Below are positions 42,905 through 51,679 of a stretch of DNA of 51,679 nt, piece by piece. The DNA is taken from the sequence record SRR31147125_10124. One strand, 5' to 3'. Made by a program: the position numbers and the translations under genes. The notes below the pieces were generated by a model, which was given only the letters and a program-made list of their open reading frames with translations, was not told where the DNA came from and ran no database searches. The number at the start of each line of letters is the position of its first letter. Position 1 is the stretch's first letter.

Positions 42905-44164
42905 TTATTTTACATGAAAAAAATCATTTAGTGGTTTATCTGTAATTAAAAGTTTATCCTTTCCATTAGTCAACCATTCCAGGTCAAATGAAACAATCGA
43001 CATATGCTTATTTTTGTAAAAGCTTTGTGTCCCTTTCACTGTCCCCCCTTCGTAGAGCACGTGAATAATTCCGTCAGGCGTAACTGCAATATCCGAATAA
43101 CCTGAAACGCCAGGATCAATAACTTTCGATATTGGCCATGTTTCACCTTCATCATAACTTATTCTAATCGTAAGGTTTTCCCTATAGCGAGCTCTTGCTG
43201 ATCTGGGTGTATCGGGAGACTTTGCCTTCCATGGATTGTTTCTGCTATCGGGATTGCAAAACAGTATTCGGTTTTTCGACTGAAATGGTTTTAGACTGTA
43301 CCTGCACATACTGCCAAAACATATCGGTTCAAATAATGAATCTGAAAATTTCGGGGTTGACCAGTTAGTGACGCCATCTTCGCTATAAGTAAGCAATCGT
43401 CGGTAATTACTCGACTCATTCCTTGAATTAAACATGACTCTTCCGTCGGCTAGTTCTATGCACGAGGTTTCATTAGGAATAACGGAAATATCGTTATCAG
43501 GAACAGCTAAATCGCCAGCTTTCCAGGTTTTACCGTGGTCGTCACTATAAACAGGTACAACTATTGAAGGGCGATGCCCTCTATTGTTTAGCCCATGTTC
43601 GGTTGATCCCCCATTAGAAAGCCAGAATGGAACAATAAGCCGTCCGCTTTTAAGCTGAATACCATGTCCGGGGCCCGGAGCTTGCACAACCCATGGGTAT
43701 ATTTCTTTGAACACGTCTATTGTTTTAGTAATATCCTCGGGTTCGGACCAGGTTATGCCGTCATCAATGGATTTCATATAGTAGCATCTTGCATAGTCAA
43801 CCTGGTAAAGTAAATGAACTTCACCCGTAATATAATCTACGATAGGCATAGCATTATCACAAGGTAGGTTATTATTATGCGCCAGTAGTTTTTGAGGTTC
43901 CCATGTTTTTCCACCATCAACGCTTCTTCTCATTACAATATCAATCGGAGCCCAATCGCCTCCTCCTCCCTTACGGGCCGCACAAAAAGCAAGGAGCGTT
44001 CCTTTTTTTGTTGAAGCTAATGAAGCAATACGATAAATAAAGTAGTCATTGGTTCCGGCTTTAAATAAAACTTGTGACCTGTGAAAGCCGGATTCCTGCG
44101 TAAAACTTGCATTCGACATAATCAATAACAATATTGAAAGAAATAGCATAATTCGATTATTCAT
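42905..44164 (-). CDS. GH33 sialidase-family protein
   Basis: YRIASL (RIP-like), Asp-boxes SVDGGKTW, SIDDGITW, SDDHGKTW, SYDEGETW; PGPGHGIQL; GYSD nucleophile Tyr. Confidence 0.88.
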   Translation of the reverse strand: MNNRIMLFLSILLLIMSNASFTQESGFHRSQVLFKAGTNDYFIYRIASLASTKKGTLLAFCAARKGGGGDWAPIDIVMRRSVDGGKTWEPQKLLAHNNNLPCDNAMPIVDYITGEVHLLYQVDYARCYYMKSIDDGITWSEPEDITKTIDVFKEIYPWVVQAPGPGHGIQLKSGRLIVPFWLSNGGSTEHGLNNRGHRPSIVVPVYSDDHGKTWKAGDLAVPDNDISVIPNETSCIELADGRVMFNSRNESSNYRRLLTYSEDGVTNWSTPKFSDSLFEPICFGSMCRYSLKPFQSKNRILFCNPDSRNNPWKAKSPDTPRSARARYRENLTIRISYDEGETWPISKVIDPGVSGYSDIAVTPDGIIHVLYEGGTVKGTQSFYKNKHMSIVSFDLEWLTNGKDKLLITDKPLNDFFHVK

Positions 44165-44335
44165 AATAGTAGATTTTCTTTTTTGCCAAATTTTTTAAAT
44201 TGCTTATTTTGCGTTTTCATCAAGGTTTTTAATCCAGTCTGTTCTTTCTATTATCCATATAATTTGAAATAAATAATATGAAGTCAAGTGAATAATTATA
44301 ATAATATTTCTTTTAGTCACAGAATTAAAATATTT

Positions 44336-45807
44336 TTAGTTGATTATTCTTATGTTAGTTGAGTTCTCTTTTTTGAGGAATTTGTCCATTCCTTTAGGAG
44401 CATTGCAATTTCGAATAGTCACGCCTTTGGAATCAGTTAATGTTATTACCGAATTTTGACCAGAATTGCTTTCTAAATTATCCAAAACAACATCATTCAA
44501 TTTTCTGAAAAAAAATGGAGTCCTTTCTGAAACACAAATCTTTATATTTCTAAAGTCGCTGCCATTTACATATTGACAATCGAGTCCTTTTTTACTTTGA
44601 ATATAAATATTGTCCATGCTCAGATTTTCCATGGGCGATTCTATCAATCCATAAATTTCCATTGCTTTACCAATGTTTTTCCCAACAATATTTGAATATT
44701 TCAGATCTCGCACATGAGGAGTGGTTTCATTTACCGGCATTTTTTTATCCTTAATTTTGCCGTAAACCATATCGAGAGAAAATCCCAAATCAACATTTTC
44801 CATAATGATATTGCTTGCCACAATATTTTCGATCAAACCACCACGACCTCTTTTGGTTTTTATTCTCAATCCACGGAATGTGCCGTTAAACAGACAATTG
44901 CTAATGGTTACATTTCTAACTCCTCCGGCAGTTTCACTTCCAATGGCAACGGCAGCTCGCCCGTTTGCAAAAGCGCAATTTGAAATTATAATATTTTGAC
45001 AAGGGATATTAACTTTCCTCCCATCATCTTTGTACCCCGATTTTATGGCAATGCAGTCGTCGCCACAATCAATGTAGCAGTTGGTAATATGCACACCGTT
45101 GCTCGAATCCAGGTCGATACCATCGGTGTTGGGCGATTCATAAGGCTGTTTGATTGAGATGTTTTCGATTACTACATTTTCGCAATATGCCGGATGAATG
45201 GTCCAGGCTGGAGAATCAATAATCCGAAAGTCCTTTAGCTTTACATTTTTACAACGATAAAAAGCAATTATTCTTGGTCGGGAATAACGCAGTACACTCC
45301 CTTCGGATGTTCAGTTCTCCGGTCATTTTTATCAATTCCGGCAGCTTCTCTCATTTTCCCGGCTTCGCGGCTCGCATTCCACCATACTTCACCTTGCCCA
45401 TCTAATAAACCTCCTCCAGTAATTGCCACGTTTTCCAAATCAAGTCCTGTAAATAATGAAGCATAAACTTTACCTCTAACTCCTCCGCTTGTTCCTTCAA
45501 TAACCGCAGTATTCACAATATTTTCACTAAGCATCACATGTGCACCAAAAGTAATTTCTACTTCAATATTACTTTTCAGAAAAATGGGTCCGGTTAAAAA
45601 CTTTCCTGCAGGGATAATAACCTTACCACCACCTATTGCCGCACATTCATCAACTGTTTTCTGAATGGCTTTTGTATCCAAAGCAACTCCATCTCCAACA
45701 GCGCCATAATCTTTTACATTAAAGTAAAAATTGTTGGCTTGCAATGCCCCGGTCATCGCAAAAAAACATAACGCTAATAACAACAGTTTTTTGTGTAATA
45801 TTGTCAT
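44336..45807 (-). pseudogene. GH28 polygalacturonase-family gene split by a frameshift near 45300 (ORFs 45268-45807 and 44336-45094)
   Basis: NVKDYGAVGDG..DT.AIQ N-terminus; the second frame reads RPRIIAFYRCKNV...SPAWTIHP...SPNTDGID...GDDCIAIKSG...IGSE...GLRIKTKRGRGG. Confidence 0.88.
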
Positions 45808-45817
45808 AATTACTTCC

Positions 45818-47074
45818 TTATTTAAAATTCAATTTAAAAAGAAAGACCTGTCTGCTCCCGGTATGTGTAGAATTAAATCCAATGATATCTCCTTCAGGAC
45901 TCCACCGACAATGAATATCACATCTCCAATCCTTTGTAAATTCTTCGGGCTCATGAAATCTGCCCAATGGCAATACTGCTTCTGTTTGCATATCCATGAG
46001 GTAAATTTTCTGCTCCCTCATCCCATTTTTGGGATATGTATCTGTAACCATCCATTTCCCATCCGGTGAAAATGTTCCATGACCATCATAATCTAGTAAT
46101 CCATTCCCAAGCCGTTTGTAGTTATTTTCACCGACAGTAAAAAGAATATGTCCGTATTGTTTGGCATTAAACTCTGCCGTTATCATCAACTCATCATCGT
46201 TGAGCCAATCGAAATGAGAGCCACTCCATCCATCAGGAAAACAGTTTTTCAGTTTGGTTCCATCACGATTTACGGTAAGAGATGTGGTATTCCTTTTTGG
46301 ACGTGCTCTGGCAAGCCAAAATATTTTTGTTCCGCCACGGCTAAAAAGGGTATGATTAAAATACTCCAGTCCACCTTCAGGAACAACGGGAACCAGATCC
46401 TTAATATCTGCAATGGATACAAGTAATTTTGCATCACCGGTTTCAAGATTAATTAAAAACAATCCGTCATCTCCGGGGAATGCTTCATCCAATTTAGCAT
46501 CTTGTCCGTTGCCACCATATCCATATGAATCTCTTGTGTGGCGAAGCCTGGCAAAATTGATACTCACCGCTTCTTTTCCATTGGGAGAGACACCACTAAT
46601 GGGATGTGGAATCACTTTTAGCTCCTGCCGGGTGTGAACATTAAGTATCACTGAGACAAATTTATCATGCCTGAAATCATTATAAATTATCAAAGAATCA
46701 GGATTTGTTGCCAACCAGTGTGCCATACATCCCTGCTGAAAATTCCAGGTTCTGGTTTCTGTAAGTGGAATAAACTCGTGAGTATCAATATCGACCAATC
46801 CTAAAGTTGCTGGTTCATTTTCAGTGGGTAGTTTATACTTAATATCAGTCTGCAGAACAGTCGCATAACGCTGATTCCGGCTAAATGAATTTATACCATA
46901 ATAGCTGGCAAAAAAATGTTCTTTATTACCTTTTGTTATTTGAACAGGTCCACTAATTTCAGGGAAACCTACAACTCCCTTACTCATTTTTCCTGAATTA
47001 TTCCTATTGCATGAACAGAAAAATACGGACCATGATAACAGCAGTAAATATATTCCAGTTTTCATATATTTCAC
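45818..47074 (-). CDS. TolB-like/oligogalacturonate-lyase-like beta-propeller lipoprotein
   Basis: Lipobox-like FFCSC; TWNFQQG, SPNGKEA, YFNHTLF, SHFDW, DGHGTFSPDG..VTDTYP, RCDIHCRWS. Confidence 0.72.
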   Translation of the reverse strand: MKYMKTGIYLLLLSWSVFFCSCNRNNSGKMSKGVVGFPEISGPVQITKGNKEHFFASYYGINSFSRNQRYATVLQTDIKYKLPTENEPATLGLVDIDTHEFIPLTETRTWNFQQGCMAHWLATNPDSLIIYNDFRHDKFVSVILNVHTRQELKVIPHPISGVSPNGKEAVSINFARLRHTRDSYGYGGNGQDAKLDEAFPGDDGLFLINLETGDAKLLVSIADIKDLVPVVPEGGLEYFNHTLFSRGGTKIFWLARARPKRNTTSLTVNRDGTKLKNCFPDGWSGSHFDWLNDDELMITAEFNAKQYGHILFTVGENNYKRLGNGLLDYDGHGTFSPDGKWMVTDTYPKNGMREQKIYLMDMQTEAVLPLGRFHEPEEFTKDWRCDIHCRWSPEGDIIGFNSTHTGSRQVFLFKLNFK

Positions 47075-47769
47075 TTTTTATTTAGATTATTAATAATCGT
47101 TTGGGCTACTTGTTCCGCCAGGGCTTTACTTCCCATTTCAGTAAAATGGACATTATTGGGTCGTTGCAACGCTTCCATCCGGGGTAATACAAATGCATAT
47201 AAATCATTCACTACAATTTCATTTTCCTGCATTATTTTAAGGGCAATTTTATTGTATTTTTTAGACATTCCAGGTTTGCGGATTTGTTTTCCCAGTTTAT
47301 CAGGATAAGGCGTTGTTGTTGCAAATATCAGTGTGGCCCCTGAGGCTTTTAGCTTTCCAACAATCTCTGTCAGGTTCTTCTTGTATTGTTTAAGATCAGC
47401 CTGATGAGGGTGGTTGAAATTTTTACTATTTTTTCCGGTTATCGGGTCAATATGTTTTATATCATGCAAGCCAAAATTAAAATGAATCACATCCCATTTA
47501 GTGTCACCAATCCATTTGTCAATATTAATGACTCCATTTGTGGTTCCCTGACAGTTTTCAGGATTTCCATTTGGGTTGTAAGGCCTGGTAACCGTCGCCT
47601 TATCCTTCATTAATTCTTTAACAAATGGAAGATACCCAATTGAGATCGAATCGCCTATGATTAGGACTTTGGTTCGTTTTTTATTTGTTGCTCCAAAGAT
47701 AAACTTTGGGAATGCTAAAATTGGGCTAAGCAACAATGTGGTTTTTAGGAAATTTCTTCTTGAATTCAT
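47071..47769 (-). CDS. SGNH/GDSL hydrolase (putative carbohydrate esterase), Tat-exported
   Basis: SRRNFLK; IIGDSIS; HFNFGLHD; ATTTP; NVHF. Confidence 0.88.
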   Translation of the reverse strand: MNSRRNFLKTTLLLSPILAFPKFIFGATNKKRTKVLIIGDSISIGYLPFVKELMKDKATVTRPYNPNGNPENCQGTTNGVINIDKWIGDTKWDVIHFNFGLHDIKHIDPITGKNSKNFNHPHQADLKQYKKNLTEIVGKLKASGATLIFATTTPYPDKLGKQIRKPGMSKKYNKIALKIMQENEIVVNDLYAFVLPRMEALQRPNNVHFTEMGSKALAEQVAQTIINNLNKK

Positions 47770-47924
47770 AGTATTGTTTTCCTTCCCCTGCCCCTCTCAA
47801 CTCGTATTATGGGTGCGGGTGAGTAACCCATTATTTTTTCTATTTATTTAATGATCAATAAACGCTAACAAATGTATTTGTCTTGTTAAAACTGCATTAG
47901 CAACGTCATCGAAACAGATCTTGG

Positions 47925-50308
47925 TCAATTCATATCTGACATAGACGGTGGTACATCTTCCGGGCGGCTTGCCCATTCCTTATTCGGTGCAGGTCCAAGT
48001 TCCAGGACTAATTCCCTACCCTTGACCAAATCGTCATGATAAAACCAGGCTTTATTCAGCTTCACACCATTCATTTTTGCAGATTGGATATACCGATTTT
48101 TATCAGAGTTGTTTTTCGTTTCAATGATAAATTTCTTCCCTGGATAATATCGGGGATCCAATTCAATAGTAATCTTGTCGAATATCGGACTGCCTATTTC
48201 ATAAACAGGTTCGATGTCAGCCCCGCCACGCATGGAGAATAAACCCATTTTCATCAAAACACTCAATGCTCCCATCAGCCCCTGGTCTTCGTCACCGTTG
48301 TATCCCAAATGGGGAGTTAGATCACCATAAACTGTTTTAATCACTTCTCTGGCCCAATACTGCGTAAGCCAGGGAACGCCCGAATAATTGAATAAATACG
48401 CCACTTGCATAGACGGTTGATTGCCATAATTCAGAAAAGTGCTTCGGTTCTTCCTGGTCTCTTCTTTATCCCGTGTTTTTAGTGCGACAAAGTTGTGAAA
48501 TTGAGCCTGTTTAAATGAATTATCCAGTTTTTGGGTGAAATTTTCAGAACCACCCATGAGATTTATTAAACCCTGGACATCATGAGGAACGAACCAGGTT
48601 GCTTGAGCCGCCGTTGATTCCACCCACCCATCGTCGTACTCCAGTGGATCAAATGGAGAGAGCCAGGAGCCATCAACATTTTTCGGTCTCATCCACCCTG
48701 TTGAGGGATCATACAAATTGTTATAAAACTGAGCCCGTTTCATAAACAGAGTATAATCATCTTCTTTTCCAAGAGCTTTTGCCATTTGCGCAAGACACCA
48801 GTCCTGATAAGCATATTCTAATGTTTGCCCAGCCCCATCCATGTGATAGCCGACTTTAGATCGAACAGGGAGCGGATATGGAACGAATCCGTTTTTTATA
48901 TAATATTCAATGCCTCCACCAAGGAATGTATCATGTTCATATCCAGCCTTACTCATCATCCCGCCGGGGAAATGGTTTTTACGCATTCCTTCATAAGCGA
49001 CATCGATATCAAACCCGCGAATCCCTTTCATATACGCACTCACAATAAAAGGTGTAGAAGAGGCGCCGGTCATGACATAGGTGTAATTCCCCCAGGAAGG
49101 ACCTCTCGGAATCAATCCACCGTCTTTATACATCAAAATCATGGAATTGCAAAATTCTTCTGTTACGTGCGGATAAACCAGGTGCCAAAGTGTGTTTAAT
49201 GTCCACTGCGCACCCCAGAATGAGTCCGAGTTATAATGATTAAACTTTGGTTTGCCAAAATCATCCAATGGTATCTGACCAGTTCTGGGTTTATCCCCGG
49301 TCATATCACAATATTTGCCATTGGCATCTGAAATTATTCTCCTGCCTTGAAGTGCATGCCACAAATCAGTATAAAACCTTGATCTTTGTTTTCAGAGCCA
49401 CCCTCTACTAATATTTTACTTAACCAATCATTCCATTCATTGAAAGCTTCTACTGCTACCCTGTCAAAATCCCAATGCGAAAGTTCGGTTTCCAAATTTA
49501 ATCTGGCCTGTTTGATACTGACATAGGAAATTCCAACCTTCATTTTAATGGTTTGTGCATCCATTCCTTCGAAATTTACATAGATACCTCCATTCGATCC
49601 CTCATACTTTTTTGTTTTACCAAGTAATTTCCCGTTTTCCCATGCCTGCATGGTATTAAAAGGAGTGTCAAATTGAATGACATAATATACAAAGGTTGAC
49701 TTTGGTCTCCTTCGTGTGGCTGCCATGAGGGCGTAGCCTTCAATCTCATTCTTTTTTACTTGTCTCGCGTAACCTTTTTCTGTCCCGCTGGGTCCGAGTA
49801 ATGTGCCCAAATCAAGCAACACATATTTTTCCTTATTTGGTGGATAGGAATATCTATGAAATCCAACTCTTGTGGTAGCGGTCAACTCTGCTTTAATTCC
49901 ATACGTCTCTAAAATTACGGAATGATACCCGGCCTTCACTACCTCTTTTTCATGTGAATAGGTGGATCCGTAAATATTGGCACCTAAATGACCTTTAAAC
50001 TCACCACTAATAGGTAAAACAGGTACTCCTGACAATTGCCAGGCATGGATATGGCTAAAGAAATTGATGGTATCATTGTTGTATCTATATCCTGATTCCC
50101 AGGCACCGCCAATTCCCATGTCTGGACTAAGGTTGACCATACCAAAGGGTCTGGTAGCTGAAGAAAAATAAAACCATCGTGAGTTCGCTGCATCAAGCAG
50201 TGGATAAACGAGCTCAGCAGGGGTTTGAGCCATAGAATGTGCCGTAGTAAATAAAACGGCTAGTACTATAACTGTATTTTTAATTAAAAAATCTCGGATA
50301 TACTTCAT
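47925..50308 (-). pseudogene. GH92 alpha-mannosidase-family gene split by a frameshift near 49390 (ORFs 49334-50395 and 47925-49364)
   Basis: RPFGMVNLSPD, FSHIH, ELTATTRVGFHRY, GISYVS, RFYTDLWH, TLEYAYQDW, GWVE, WFVPHD, GNQPS, GDEDQG.M; one extra A restores GSEKQRSRFYTDLWHAL. Confidence 0.9.
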
Positions 50309-50351
50309 TTTCACTACCTTATTATTATGCTTTAAATAATAATTTTCCCCA

Positions 50352-51679
50352 TCATTCTCCAAGGTCTTCTTTGAGTCTATAGAACGCCCCATCAATATTC
50401 CTGATTCCAGTCTCCGCGTTCACATTCTCTAAGAACTCAATCAATTCACTCTCTAAAACTTTTGCAACTTCAGGCAATTCATTTATCAAATTTTTAGTTT
50501 CTCCCAGGTCCGATGATATATCATACAATTCAACTTTAGGTGTGTTTTTGTACTTTGTTTCTCTACTCCAGTATTTTATCAATTTATAATTACCCTTTCT
50601 AATAGCACTTCTGGGCTTTCGGTGGGAACTTTGGTGAAATATTAACGCCTTCCTTTTACGCTCTATTTTTTCTGTTTTTTCATTTTTCATCAAATGAACA
50701 AGACTACCCCCGTCGATATATTCAGGCATATCTTTATCAAATCCAGCCAACTCGGCGAACGTTGGTAAAAAATCCAATCCTGTGACGGGAATGTCACAAA
50801 TCCTCCCTGCTTTAATGTCCGGCCCAGAAATCATAAACGGCACCCTGATGCCACCTTCGTAAAACGAGTGTTTTCCATCACGTAAGGGAATGTTTCTTTT
50901 TTGCTGGATAGAATATCTCGCCTCAACAAGCTTTCTATTGGCATCAATAACCGCCAGTTGATTTAACGTCAATCGTCCGCCGTTGTCACCCATCAGAAAA
51001 ATGTAGGTATTATCTTCTATACCTGCCTCTCTTACAAAATCAATAATCCTTCCAGTACAGGTGTCAAGGTCTTTTAGCATTGCTGCAAATTCCGGATTGG
51101 TATGCCTTTTACCTCTTGGTTTATTTTTAAAGTATTCATAGGTTTCCTTTCTCGACACCAACGATAAATGGGTGGCATAATGAGAAAGTTGAACAAAAAA
51201 TGGCCTTCCTTCTTTAATACTTTCATTCATAAATTTTTTAGCTCTTTTGGTGATGCCAAAAATGTCTTTTGGGTTCTCATCACTCCAATATGCTGAGGGT
51301 TTTCCAGCTCTTTTGGCATTAGTAGGATTTTTACATTGTTTTCCCTTAGATATATATCCGCCGGTTTGGTATAATCTTTGGCATTTAAATAACCGTCTCC
51401 AAATATTTCTCCAGCGGCATTGGAAGTCATGCCTTCATCATAATCAAAGCCGGCATCTTTGGGGATCATTGCAATGTGCCATTTACCAAAATGTGCGGTT
51501 TTATAATTGGAATTAGCTTGTTTTAATACTTTGGGCAAAGTCAGCCAATCCGAGGTCTTTTTATACCAGTCTGCATCTTTATTATATATATGCCTGGCGG
51601 CATTTTGACCAAACATAACGCTATTTCTGGTTGGTGAACAAATAGGATTTGGAGCATAACCCTGGGTAAACATAATGCC
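50352..51679 (-). pseudogene. Sulfatase, 5' end outside the window, split by a frameshift near 51330 (ORFs 51227-51673 and 50352-51230)
   Basis: CSPTRNSVMFG, TAHFGKWH, SHYATH, GDNGG, PLRDGKHSFYEGGIRVP; one extra A restores NVKNPTNAKRAGKP...DENPKDIFGITKRAKKFMNES. Confidence 0.85.

Overview
Carbohydrate-degradation region, almost all on the minus strand. It probably comes from a non-Bacteroidota FCB-group bacterium (KSB1/Calditrichota/Ignavibacteria-like; inferred from 'QNYPNPFNP'-type C-terminal sorting domains, PorV-family barrels and clear Shine-Dalgarno sites). Left block (244-34119) is a polysaccharide utilisation locus for a sulfated uronate glycan: two PL38-like lyases, two PL6 lyases, a heparinase II/III-like lyase, GH2, four sulfatases, and beta-helix and beta-propeller proteins. 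It is headed by a SusD-less uptake module (TonB-dependent receptor, large CTD-bearing partner, PorV-family barrel, FadL-like barrel, DUF5123-like protein) and a divergent membrane-spanning one-component regulator. That module is the best candidate for an undescribed system. The junction (34120-35600) holds a decayed merR-tRNA-Pro locus with an altered anticodon, a hairpin in the D-arm and att-like repeats. Right block (35616-end) is a second CAZyme/sulfatase cluster (three sulfatases, YesU, BNR-4, GH2, GH33, GH28, beta-propeller, SGNH, GH92). Four genes are split by apparent single-base deletions, and two deletion scars are visible. Family calls come from motif recognition, not database searches.
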